Below, one piece after another: positions 8,689 through 17,796 of a stretch of DNA of 20,000 bases. Source of the stretch: an uncultured bacterium (GTDB lineage Bacteria; B130-G9); assembly GCA_965372715.1 (NCBI GenBank), contig CBDVDH010000010.1, forward strand, positions 55,699 through 75,698, given 5' to 3'. Within the stretch, counting starts at the first letter, position 1. The number at the start of each line of letters is the position of its first letter. The notes beneath the pieces are model-generated. The model did not search any database. It was not told the origin of the DNA and saw nothing but the letters and a program-made list of their open reading frames with translations. Made by a program: the position numbers and the translations under genes.

Positions 8689-9285
8689 ATGGGCATAGAT
8701 TACAATGCTGGCACGGAGACGATAACCGTCACCGGCGGCAGCTTTGAGGAGCCATACACGATGGCGATCCTGGACACCGATGGCACCGTTGGCGGCTACA
8801 TCACGGCTGGCGGCTATGACAACCGCGAATACACCGTGTCCAAAAACCTGGTGATCGGCTCAAATGAGGGCTCGACCTTCTTTGACCTGGAGCGATCGTT
8901 TATCATTGCCGCAGAAGGATACAGCATAACTTGTTACTCACATGCACTGCGTGGCGGAACAACCCAAGAGACCTGGGCAGCCAGGGTTTTCGGGCCTTGC
9001 CTTCCCATTACTGGCCAAGACAAAGAGTTTAGAATATGCAATGTTACCGAGCTTTATTTTGCTCACGAGTTCATACTTGATGGATGCACGGGGTATTGGC
9101 GGCCGAGAGACCTGCAAAGGCGTTGCTTGGACGCAGTGTCGTTCAAAGCGCCTTCCTCGGGGTTTGGTGAGCTGGCCCCGGATATGGTAGGCCTCTCCCT
9201 TGTTCCTCTAGATGCTTCCGGCGATTCTCAGGGCCAGATTGGTATCCTTCATCCCTCTCGAGTGGTTGTGGCGAGGAGAAGGTAA
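8689..9285 (+). CDS. Hypothetical protein, paralog 2 of the tandem family
   Basis: ATG 8689 (MGIDYNAGTETITVTGG) after SD AGGAG aligns with the paralog 1 start. The longer ORF start (8539) only translates REP DNA. Confidence 0.85.
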   Translation: MGIDYNAGTETITVTGGSFEEPYTMAILDTDGTVGGYITAGGYDNREYTVSKNLVIGSNEGSTFFDLERSFIIAAEGYSITCYSHALRGGTTQETWAARVFGPCLPITGQDKEFRICNVTELYFAHEFILDGCTGYWRPRDLQRRCLDAVSFKAPSSGFGELAPDMVGLSLVPLDASGDSQGQIGILHPSRVVVARRR

Positions 9286-9310
9286 CCCAGCGCATCAGGG
9301 AGAAACGGCA

Positions 9311-9997
9311 GTGGAACAATCCCCAGTTTTCGAGGAACTATCGCCCGGCAGCATCATAGCTTCGGGTGGCACATTTACTAATCCACTGACGGCAGATCAT
9401 CTCTGCGACCAGTTCCCAGATTCGTTTACGGAGGTGAAGCTGCCGCGAGTCGGAAAGGCAATACTCGTAGGCACCGGTCTTAAGATAGGCTTGCCGGGCG
9501 TCTCAACCGCATTCAGGGTCGATGAAAGAGCTTTGGTTTGTGTTAAGGGCTGTAGCATTGACCTGCTGCTGCCGTGCGTGTTTGGCGAGGCATTTGGTCT
9601 TCGGACTTTCAGAGTGGAATTCAGAGATAGGCTCTCGTCCCGCCAGCAGTTTGTTCCGTCAAGTACGCACGAGGCTCGCGGTGTAAGGTTGATTCAGCTG
9701 GAGTATGTGACGGAGTTGAATGACGGTCTGCTCGCTGTGGAACCGGCCGGGGCACTGAATGTGGCTCCGCAGGACCGTGGCACGGGCAATGGTTCACTCC
9801 GAGTGGTTGTGGATGTTTCCGAGGCCAGGTTCTCCACAGGCAACGAGAGCCCTTCTTTTGACCTTCAACTGCCGCCGCTTTGGAACCTCTCGTCAGGGGC
9901 ATCGGTCTTCTACTTTGTCGGATCGAGCATGCGCGTCTTCGGCGGCGCGAGCTCTGGGCGTGGTACTTCCTCAGCGGGCCCGGTAAGCAAAATATGA
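9311..9997 (+). CDS. Hypothetical protein, divergent paralog 3
   Basis: GTG 9311 after GGGAG. 'SIIASGGTFTNPLTADHL...LVGTGLKIGLPGVSTAFRV...VKGCSI' aligns with 'TITVTGGSFEEPYTMAIL...TVSKNLVIGSNEGSTFFDL...AEGYSI'. Confidence 0.65.
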   Translation: MEQSPVFEELSPGSIIASGGTFTNPLTADHLCDQFPDSFTEVKLPRVGKAILVGTGLKIGLPGVSTAFRVDERALVCVKGCSIDLLLPCVFGEAFGLRTFRVEFRDRLSSRQQFVPSSTHEARGVRLIQLEYVTELNDGLLAVEPAGALNVAPQDRGTGNGSLRVVVDVSEARFSTGNESPSFDLQLPPLWNLSSGASVFYFVGSSMRVFGGASSGRGTSSAGPVSKI

Positions 9998-10010
9998 GGA
10001 GCGTTGAGCA

Positions 10011-11666
10011 ATGATCAGAATTGGGATATTAGTCTTAGCGGTTCTGTGCACGTGTTCAGTTACATTAGGCATGGACATCGATTTGGGTAGCATCTGGGGG
10101 CCGTGGAGTGACTGTTACTATTACATGTCTTACCTCCCTGAGAAGAACTTCTTTCTAGGGTTAGAGCTCGAGCGAGACAACCAAACCATCTGCTCTGTGT
10201 TTCAGTATTATACACTACCTTGGTGGGAGGTACGGGATTCCCGGTTTGTGAGGCATCCCATCACGCCTGTAGTTTGCTCGGGCGTTGAGGTCGCGCGAAG
10301 GCCGGGAAGCAACAGTGTGCTTGCCTGTTTGCAGACCTCCGAGGGCCCAGAACTTGGCGTGTGGGAGCTATGGATGCAGGACGATGCGCCGGCCTTCAGG
10401 CAGGTCTGGCCTGGCAACGCCTACGAGCCAGCTGTTTCCCCTGATGGACGCACGCTTCTCTTTGTGGAACGCCTCAACGGAGATAGGCGACGATTGGTGG
10501 TTGTCGACATTGAAACAGGTCAGGTTCTCACCTCGGTGGAATATACTGAGAGGGGGTTCTTTTGGAGGAATTGCTTCAGCTTCTCACGCGACAGCCAAAA
10601 GCTCATCGTAATCAGCTACAACGATTGGGAGTGTTATGGAGGAGGCTTCGGCAGATTCAATCTCAATGGAGACGTGCACGAGACTTGGCCGGTCTGGGGA
10701 CGCAATGCGGTCGTTTATTTCCTGGATGCCAGGAGCCTGAGTTTGTTGGCTGAGTATCGGTGGCCGGAAGGTTCTGTTGGCTCGCTCAGCATCGATCCCC
10801 GCTCATGTAAGGTCTATTCCATACATGGGATACCTGAGCAGGGCATAGATGAGAAGCGAACAGTTTTCGGGGAGGTCTGGGTACCGGAAGAGGGCATAGT
10901 CTGGCGCTCCGATGGGTTTCCCTATGGAGGCCGGACGCAGGTGCTTTATGATGACGCGCAAGGTCTCCTATACATTAATGTCTGGCCTGGGTTCATCTTC
11001 TCCACAATTACCGGTGAATTGTTCCACATATATCTGCGTTGGGCTCGGCCTTATGACCACTTTGTGGGCTTCGACGCGACCAGGTCTCTGTACTGGGAAC
11101 TCTGGGGTGGATATAAGACCTCGACCGTTCTCGGTATAGACCCGTTAACCGACCACTCCGTCGCTTCCACGGGAGTCGGCTACCCCTACTTCGGGCCTGA
11201 TGCCATCTTTGACTACAAGGACGGCGAAGCGATTTTTCTGAGGGATGACGATTATGGGGCGGGTTACGAGGTTACGCACCTTAGAGCTTATGTGGGACGG
11301 GATGACGACTGGCAGCAGCCTACCGTAACTCTCGAGGGTTCTGATGCGCGCCTTTTGGCCTCGGTCACCAATAACTATGACAGGACAATGCACGCCGACT
11401 GGCTGCTCAGTGTGGCGGCGCCCGATGGTGAGCAGCTCTATTGGCCCAATTTCACCAGTGTTATCTCGCCTGAACTGGTCCATATACCTTCTGGCGCAAC
11501 CATAAGCTCCACACTTGAGCTCCCTTGGGACACCGGCAACCTTGCGGATGACGGTCAATACCTTTTCGAGCTCAGGCTGTTGGGACCCGGCACGCTGGAT
11601 GACTTTTGCGACCCCGCGACGCTAACAGCAAATAAGTCAGGTGGGTCCGTCACGTGGAGCCAGTAG
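10011..11666 (+). CDS. Secreted beta-propeller-like protein with C-terminal uncharacterised domain
   Basis: SD GAGGAG; signal peptide MIRIGILVLAVLCTCSVTLG; TolB/YncE-type blade motifs (PAVSPDGRTLLFV, LVVVDIETGQV, FSFSRDSQKLIV, LSIDPRSCKVY, LYDDAQGLLYI). Confidence 0.7.
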   Translation: MIRIGILVLAVLCTCSVTLGMDIDLGSIWGPWSDCYYYMSYLPEKNFFLGLELERDNQTICSVFQYYTLPWWEVRDSRFVRHPITPVVCSGVEVARRPGSNSVLACLQTSEGPELGVWELWMQDDAPAFRQVWPGNAYEPAVSPDGRTLLFVERLNGDRRRLVVVDIETGQVLTSVEYTERGFFWRNCFSFSRDSQKLIVISYNDWECYGGGFGRFNLNGDVHETWPVWGRNAVVYFLDARSLSLLAEYRWPEGSVGSLSIDPRSCKVYSIHGIPEQGIDEKRTVFGEVWVPEEGIVWRSDGFPYGGRTQVLYDDAQGLLYINVWPGFIFSTITGELFHIYLRWARPYDHFVGFDATRSLYWELWGGYKTSTVLGIDPLTDHSVASTGVGYPYFGPDAIFDYKDGEAIFLRDDDYGAGYEVTHLRAYVGRDDDWQQPTVTLEGSDARLLASVTNNYDRTMHADWLLSVAAPDGEQLYWPNFTSVISPELVHIPSGATISSTLELPWDTGNLADDGQYLFELRLLGPGTLDDFCDPATLTANKSGGSVTWSQ

Positions 11667-14434
11667 TTCTAAAATCGTTTCCGCTGAAGCAAGTCACTGG
11701 GATAGACGTCGGCTATGAGCTCACGCTCAGGCCCGTGCCACCAATCGTTGCGGGGCCCACAGGTTTTCAGCTTTACGTATCCCTACGTGCCGACCAGAGC
11801 GCGGAGCGTCTCGAGGTTAGGAACGCCAATCTCTTCATTGGGATCGTGAGTCCGCTTTACCGCCCTGGGCAGTTTAGCATTTTGGACGTCATCAAGGTCC
11901 CTGAGCTCCAGCTGGACCCTGGCGATGAGATAACCGACTACAAGGCGCTTGACATGGATATAGACGCCAACCTGTGGCACAACCTGGTAGGCGGCGCCTA
12001 CCCGATGGTGGCCGCGCTTGTGCGTGAGGGCTTTGACCCGATGAGATTCTTCGACCCCAACCTGATAGTCGCCATGGGTTGGTGCGAGGTCACCGTCAAC
12101 AAGGTCACTGCCCTTGCTACGCCGACGCTTATTGCCCCTCAGCACAACGCAACGGTCTATAACTTCCCGAACGGGTTTTGGCTTGAATGGTCAAGGGTTG
12201 AGGATGCTGACGGGTATAGCATTGAGTTTGAGCTGGAAAACGTCGGTATCGCAATCCAGACGACGGACGCCGACGGGAACTTCATTTCTGGTGATGCTCT
12301 GAGGGCAACACATAGGGAACCGGTCGAAGTACACCCCGAACCCGTCGTGAAGCCAACCCCACCGTCCCTGGTTCCCGTCAGGTGCAAAATTGAATCCAGT
12401 CGTGCTGAGCTTGTGGGTTGCGGGAACTTTACGTGGAGGGTGCGGGCGGTGAGCATTGGCGAGGGCGGAAAGGTTGATGGCGGAGGCTTGTACTCAGAGG
12501 CCTCCAATTTCAGAAAAGAGGTTCAGTTCGCCGATCCCCAAGACCCTGACATACATGCGAGGCTCTACAAAAGATTCGACCTGTCGCAGAGGATTGTCTG
12601 GATAAGCTATGAATACAGCGACCTGACCACTGAGGATATAGCCCGGATGCGCGACTGCAATGCAGAGGTGGTGATGAGGTTGCTGGGCAAGTTCTCGCTT
12701 GCGCCAGACTTCGAGGCATATCGAGGTGCCGTTCTTAGACTGCACGACCAAGACATGCCGGTGTGCATGGCGCTTTCTCTCTCGAACATGATGTTCGGTG
12801 AGAACGCGACAACCTGGGATGAGTTCTACGACTGGGTGACCCGGACCTGCTTGGGCAAAGTACCCTATCGGGAAGCCAAACATGACCCAACTCGCCCTTG
12901 GTGGTTCAGGGAGCAGACCTCCGCGTTCTCGGCCCTCGGCGCCCCCGGATTTAGGGCCTATCTCTGTCATTTTTTGGAACAGATGATACGAGCCGGAGCC
13001 GACATAATACACCTGGACGAGTACTTCCAGGATTACTACCCGGATACCGACCAAAGTGCCGGGTTTGACGAGCACGCCATTTCAGCATTCACCCGGTACC
13101 TTATCGATAAGTTTCCAGATTACACGGCCCAGGATTGGGAACGAGAATTCGGCATAACAGGCGATATCAACAGTTTCAACTACATTGACTACCTCAAGCA
13201 GAGGGGCATACTTACCGAACAGAACGATTGGCCATTGCTGAACGGAGGGAAAGAAGGTAAGAGATTCTGGTGCGACCATCCTGACCTTGTGGCGCAGAAT
13301 CCTCTGTATCGCATCTGGGGCATCGCACGGGGCATGTGGGGGCAAAACCATCCGGACAATTTCCTGTTTCAGCGATTCAGAAATGTCATCCAGGAGGCGA
13401 GGCAATTCGTGCATGAGCTGTCGGGCCGAATCTGCGGCAGAGAGGTTAAGATATGTGTCAACACGACCTCCTCTTGCGTGCCGAACGTTGACTTCCAGAA
13501 CCCCCAGTTCGCCTCGGAGACCGTCCGCCGGCACGATCAGGAGGACAGCGAGGATTGGGCCAAGTGCAGCTACCTTCAGTTGGAGGTGCTTCACCAGCTG
13601 TCCTGTGATCGCAATCATCTGAACGATCTCCTAATAGAGGAGGAGAGCGGAACCCAGCGCCTCAAGCCCTACCGCGGCTTCGAGTCCAGCGCTATTGGCA
13701 CTGTTCAGGAAACTGGCTACCCCTTATCCATGCGGGAGTTTGTGAGGGAGACGTGTGACAACTCGTTGGCCCGGTTGGGGCACAAGGTGCCGGTGGTGCT
13801 GTTCATCGATTACCCGCCCTTCGTGTTTAAAGACATCCCGGTGGAGGACCAAAATGCGTTCTTGGCGATATACGCCAGCCAGTGTTTTGCGGCAGGCGCG
13901 ATATTCACCTGGCCGGTCAGGACCTACCACTATGACGTTTATGACAGAGACAAGGGACTCGTGAAGGAGGCCATACAGGCCTGGACTGCTTTCTACTGCA
14001 ACCACAGGCTGCTGTTCCTGGGGTTCAGGCCGTCCAGGGCGCTTGAAGCACTTGTGGAAGACAGTATAAGGGAAACGTCCCCGGCGGGCCAAACCAGAAA
14101 CCACTATTGCGTTCCAACGGTCAATGAACTGGAGCATGACACAACCCAGGTTGTTATCCACTTGATCAATCATTCATACTCTTGGGAGAACAATGACTGG
14201 CGTTGGTCCGGCGGCGTGGAGTTTGAGATCGATTTCTCGCCGAGGGTCGGCTCATCGAGAGCTGTATCTGCCCCTGATGGATCACTGGTCCCGGTAGCTC
14301 TACATCGGGGCCCTAACGGCCGGACAATTGTTTCGTGCGAGGTTCGCCAATACACAATCGTCCAGCTTGCCAGACCCTATACAGAACTTGCACACGATGT
14401 CACAGTGGGAATTGAAGCCAAGCAGCTGATCTAA
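11654..14434 (+). CDS. Large protein: N-terminal uncharacterised domain, fibronectin-III-like module, glycoside-hydrolase-like (TIM barrel) region
   Basis: 926 aa ORF. Fn3-like 'LATPTLIAP...LEWSRVEDADGYSIE...WRVRAV...YSEASNF'. Barrel-like 'MIRAGADIIHLDE' and 'AFTRYLIDKF...FGI...FNYIDYL'. C-terminal beta domain 'VVIHLINHSY'. Family and substrate cannot be assigned by eye. Confidence 0.65.
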   Translation: MEPVVLKSFPLKQVTGIDVGYELTLRPVPPIVAGPTGFQLYVSLRADQSAERLEVRNANLFIGIVSPLYRPGQFSILDVIKVPELQLDPGDEITDYKALDMDIDANLWHNLVGGAYPMVAALVREGFDPMRFFDPNLIVAMGWCEVTVNKVTALATPTLIAPQHNATVYNFPNGFWLEWSRVEDADGYSIEFELENVGIAIQTTDADGNFISGDALRATHREPVEVHPEPVVKPTPPSLVPVRCKIESSRAELVGCGNFTWRVRAVSIGEGGKVDGGGLYSEASNFRKEVQFADPQDPDIHARLYKRFDLSQRIVWISYEYSDLTTEDIARMRDCNAEVVMRLLGKFSLAPDFEAYRGAVLRLHDQDMPVCMALSLSNMMFGENATTWDEFYDWVTRTCLGKVPYREAKHDPTRPWWFREQTSAFSALGAPGFRAYLCHFLEQMIRAGADIIHLDEYFQDYYPDTDQSAGFDEHAISAFTRYLIDKFPDYTAQDWEREFGITGDINSFNYIDYLKQRGILTEQNDWPLLNGGKEGKRFWCDHPDLVAQNPLYRIWGIARGMWGQNHPDNFLFQRFRNVIQEARQFVHELSGRICGREVKICVNTTSSCVPNVDFQNPQFASETVRRHDQEDSEDWAKCSYLQLEVLHQLSCDRNHLNDLLIEEESGTQRLKPYRGFESSAIGTVQETGYPLSMREFVRETCDNSLARLGHKVPVVLFIDYPPFVFKDIPVEDQNAFLAIYASQCFAAGAIFTWPVRTYHYDVYDRDKGLVKEAIQAWTAFYCNHRLLFLGFRPSRALEALVEDSIRETSPAGQTRNHYCVPTVNELEHDTTQVVIHLINHSYSWENNDWRWSGGVEFEIDFSPRVGSSRAVSAPDGSLVPVALHRGPNGRTIVSCEVRQYTIVQLARPYTELAHDVTVGIEAKQLI

Positions 14435-14589
14435 TGCTGGTGATTCATCTGACAAGCGCCATAAGTGGTTCCTGGTTCATGCGAGACGCTAGTGGCTATC
14501 TCTGGCTTGGTGCCGTCCTGAACTCCGACGGCACATTCGCGTCCGACATCGCCCTCTGGCCTGTCACCTTTCAGGTAGTTACCCGTTGA
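14434..14589 (+). pseudogene. 51-codon ORF, probably a gene fragment carrying the end of the recurrent domain
   Basis: TAATG overlap with the upstream stop; MLVIHLTSAISGSWFMRDASGYLWLGAVLNSDGTFASDIALWPVTFQVVTR. Confidence 0.4.
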
Positions 14590-14751
14590 CAGTTGGCGGT
14601 TGGCAGTAAAGAGTCACCACAGAGACGCAGAGAGCGCAGAGAAAAAAGGGCAGCTGGAGGCGAGCTCGGCACGTGCGAGCCGAGCGGTTACGTTCGCCGG
14701 TAGAAGAAGTTACGGGAGCGGAGGCCCTCCGTCGGAGGCGAGCTCGGCACG
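14585..14751. repeat. Short-period and direct repeats in a convergent intergenic region
   Basis: Heptamers GTTGACA-GTTGGCG-GTTGGCA (14585-14605); CACCACAGAGACGCAGAGAGCGCAGAG (14615-14641); exact 18-bp direct repeat GGAGGCGAGCTCGGCACG at 14656-14673 and 14734-14751. Confidence 0.7.
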
Positions 14752-14823
14752 ATCAACCCCATCGGCGAGATCGTCTATATGCCCTTCGAGCTCGCGCTTG
14801 CCCAGTAGGCTGAGGCGATTTTT

Positions 14824-15420
14824 TCAGGTGGGACTGAGCTCTTGGGCGAAGCGACTGACGAGCTCGAAGTTGCGACCAAAATCAAGGATGAGAAGACCTG
14901 AGATTGGCGTGGAGACTGCTGTCACCTGCCAGCCGCCATCCGCCTCGTCTATCTTCACCGTCACGCGAGAAGCAAAAAACGGCCGCGTGTATGCCTCAAT
15001 ACAGCCGATTTCGAGGTCTTGAACCTTCAACCAGACCCGCTGCGATTTTACCGCGGCAAGCGCCTCACGAAACACCGTCTCGCGCGTGCCAGAGGCGTGC
15101 ATCACGGCCGACTGCGTCAGGAAAAGCACCCGACCCAGAGGAACGCCGAAGCTCTTGCTCAATGCGAGGCAGCGCCTCTTGTCGCGCCTCACAATCGGTA
15201 TAAGGACCACAAGTGAAAGCGCGGCCGAGAAGACCCCGAAAACAACTCCCATCAGCGCAACGTCTGTGAACGAATACTGATGCGCTACAAGGGGCGTGGA
15301 TGAGCCCCGATGAGTTATCTGCGGGCCAACGTAGAGCATCGCAACAACGACGCCAGCCCCGAAGAATACCGCGATCGTCAATGTCAGCGAGACGACTAGC
15401 TTGGTGTATTCCCTTCGCAT
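14824..15420 (-). CDS. Hypothetical membrane protein (two TM helices + small soluble domain)
   Basis: Two long hydrophobic segments at the N-terminus; starts 3 nt after the stop of the upstream gene. Confidence 0.75.
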   Translation of the reverse strand: MRREYTKLVVSLTLTIAVFFGAGVVVAMLYVGPQITHRGSSTPLVAHQYSFTDVALMGVVFGVFSAALSLVVLIPIVRRDKRRCLALSKSFGVPLGRVLFLTQSAVMHASGTRETVFREALAAVKSQRVWLKVQDLEIGCIEAYTRPFFASRVTVKIDEADGGWQVTAVSTPISGLLILDFGRNFELVSRFAQELSPT

Positions 15421-15423
15421 TGA

Positions 15424-16098
15424 CTAGGGCTGGTCGCCGGTCTCAGCAGCGGTGGGCTGCATGCAGCATCGAACCCCGTTGAAGATGTATCTCTGGGTCT
15501 TGCTGAGCGAATAAAGGCTCTTGCAGCTCGAAAACCGCCCGCTCACGAAGCTCCCGCCGCAAATCGTGGCGTCATCCCCCTCGCTCACCGTCCATTCAGA
15601 GACGTTGCCGCTCATGTCAACCACGCCGTAGCCGCTCATGCAGCCCGGGTATGCGCCGGAAAACACAGCCTTGGTGCCGTTCATCATCCACTCGCCCTCC
15701 GTGTTGCACGTATCCGGCTGATACGCATTCCCGTAAGGATACAAGAAACCGCGCGGACCCGAACACGCCGCTCGCCACTCAACTGGTGCGCAGAGTCTCT
15801 TACCCTCCTTCAAGCAGAACGCCTCAGCCTCAATCCACGTAACGTTATAGACCGGCATGCTGCCCAAAACGTTCGGATACTCGAGCACGTCAATGCAGAA
15901 CGCCATAAGCGGCTCCCCAGACGGGGCCAGAACCGAGGGTGTGGATGGAATGAGAACCATCCCCTGAGGGCAACTCAGCGACGCCGCTCTGGGCTGAACC
16001 GCCTCCTCCTGGGCCACGCTCACGAGCGGCGCCGCCGTGAGGCCGAGCAGCAACAGAACCGCAGCAACGTATTGAAGACCCAAAGGAATACTATCCAT
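15424..16098 (-). CDS. Secreted FGE-sulfatase (SUMF1/formylglycine-generating enzyme-like) domain protein
   Basis: Signal peptide; CPQGMVLIP, FCIDVLEYPN, NVTWIEAEAFC..EGKRLC...EW..AC, YPYGN, GVVDMSGNVSEW, GGSF, GVRCC. Confidence 0.9.
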   Translation of the reverse strand: MDSIPLGLQYVAAVLLLLGLTAAPLVSVAQEEAVQPRAASLSCPQGMVLIPSTPSVLAPSGEPLMAFCIDVLEYPNVLGSMPVYNVTWIEAEAFCLKEGKRLCAPVEWRAACSGPRGFLYPYGNAYQPDTCNTEGEWMMNGTKAVFSGAYPGCMSGYGVVDMSGNVSEWTVSEGDDATICGGSFVSGRFSSCKSLYSLSKTQRYIFNGVRCCMQPTAAETGDQP

Positions 16099-16125
16099 GC
16101 CCTGGATTCATCTCATTTTTGAGAG

Positions 16126-16154
16126 ACTCTAAACTTGCAGCCCCAGTTTTGCAA
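16126..16154 (-). promoter_or_regulatory. Putative sigma70 promoter for the FGE-domain gene
   Basis: TTGCAA (16154-16149), 17 nt spacer, TAGAGT (16131-16126). Confidence 0.45.
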
Positions 16155-16314
16155 GCACCGAGCTAGCGGGCCGCCTTCCGCTCAAGGCTGTCGCCAGAAA
16201 TCCATCCAGTGCTTTTCATCCGGGATCGCAGAACGCGGCGATCAGGTCGTGATTGACGAGGAAGCCTCGAATCCTGGGGCGTCCCGCCCCGCCAACTCGA
16301 GTCGAGGCGCCGAT

Positions 16315-17796
16315 TCATCCCATCACGGCGCTCACGAACTCGTCGGGCTCGAGCTTGTAACCGCTGTCCTGGAGGTAGTCCGCGACGCTGCATTTTGACC
16401 ATAGATGGTAGGTCTCGCCGATCAGAAGAGGGGCGATGACCGGTGGCGGCCAGAGCTTCGCCGCTCTTTCGAGCGTCAGGCTGAGGAACAGCGGCGTGAC
16501 GCACGAGCCGAATGCGTGCCGGATAAACGTTGGTGAGAGGAAATCAAAGACAGCTGGTGGGAAAAAGGCGCCAGGTTCGGGCACGCCAAGCCCATAATCT
16601 GCGCAGACCTGCGCGTAGATGTCGTCAAATGATGAAGATGTGTCCCGCCAGATTCTGATTGAAAAATCCGTCCTCACCGCATCGTAAGTGAATGCAATCG
16701 CCTTCGAGCGCCTCATAACCCGTTCGATGCTCTCCGCCTCGCGCTCATCGACCCCAAGAGCGACCTTCAGCACCGGCGCCATTGATGCCGCCAGGGCAGG
16801 AAGTTCAGCCAGAATCTCGCTATAGTAGGGATAAACTGGGTCGCTTCGTATCGTCGGCCATTTGGGAACGAAAGTGTTGACGAGACAGTGACCCATCTCG
16901 TGCACAAGTACTCTAAACCACCAGGCACCGGTTGAGAAATTGCCCACAACACAGAGGTCCTCATCACCATTCAACGCGGATGCATGCGCCGGTGTGGGGC
17001 CCGGTCTGTGGATCAGTCTGATTCGCCTAGTCTGATCGTCGTTGAAGCCCAGCGCCTCGAGAGCCCGGAAGCACTGCTCCGTCGGCGGCTCGGGTCCAAA
17101 GTAGTGATCGACCTCGTCAAGGGCCTTCCTATGATAGTGAAAGAGGTCCTGCATGCCCTGTCCGTCGAGATCAAGCAGCCGGATGAGCCGTTTGCCCGCC
17201 GCGAATATCGCCGACAATAGCCTTTCTGTGTTGTCAGTCATCTGCCACTCATCCCGGAGAAAGAACGAGCAGTATTCGGGAACCGCCATGCCATACTCAG
17301 CGGCGAGGCGCCTCTGCCCCTCCCTTATCAGTGGCTCAATCTGCTCGTTCAGAGCCGCCAGCTGGCTGAATAGCTTCGCTCGGTTTGAGGCCTCAGCCAC
17401 GTCCGCCATGAGGGCGCGAATCTCACCAAGTGGTAGTGATTCGGAGCCGACCTTGAACCTGAAATCCGAGGTGGCCTTCGCAAGTTGGCTATTGAGGTCC
17501 TTCACGGCCGAGTCAATCCGGTGCGATTTCTCCTCGCGCCTCAAATGGTCATTGACCAATTTGCATAGATGAGAGTCGGGATAATCGCGCGACAGCTCTT
17601 TGGCCAGGCCTCTGATTTCGGCGCCCACACGCCAGTCACCGTGCGCACGATACGCTTCGATGGCGGCAGCCATATCGCCCTTATCAGCCGCCTCCCTGGC
17701 CTTGAGGCCGGCCTCCCTGAAAAGGCGCCTCGTCTCAGAATCCCACTTGGCGAAATCGGCCTGGATTTCAGCGTAAGGGCGGCTGTGCCTGCTCAT
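16315..17796 (-). CDS. Gluzincin-type zinc metallopeptidase (M3/M32-like)
   Basis: VLVHEMGH (HExxH) with a downstream Glu ligand in 'YYSEILAEL'; helical character; no signal peptide; ATGA overlap with the upstream gene. Confidence 0.75.
   Translation of the reverse strand: MSRHSRPYAEIQADFAKWDSETRRLFREAGLKAREAADKGDMAAAIEAYRAHGDWRVGAEIRGLAKELSRDYPDSHLCKLVNDHLRREEKSHRIDSAVKDLNSQLAKATSDFRFKVGSESLPLGEIRALMADVAEASNRAKLFSQLAALNEQIEPLIREGQRRLAAEYGMAVPEYCSFFLRDEWQMTDNTERLLSAIFAAGKRLIRLLDLDGQGMQDLFHYHRKALDEVDHYFGPEPPTEQCFRALEALGFNDDQTRRIRLIHRPGPTPAHASALNGDEDLCVVGNFSTGAWWFRVLVHEMGHCLVNTFVPKWPTIRSDPVYPYYSEILAELPALAASMAPVLKVALGVDEREAESIERVMRRSKAIAFTYDAVRTDFSIRIWRDTSSSFDDIYAQVCADYGLGVPEPGAFFPPAVFDFLSPTFIRHAFGSCVTPLFLSLTLERAAKLWPPPVIAPLLIGETYHLWSKCSVADYLQDSGYKLEPDEFVSAVMG

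Noticed and set aside
7965-16098. Diversity-generating retroelement (FGE/CLec-fold target, paralogous repeats)
   Set aside because: No reverse transcriptase, no template copy of the FGE gene 3' end was seen, and the paralogs differ at all base types rather than only at adenines.
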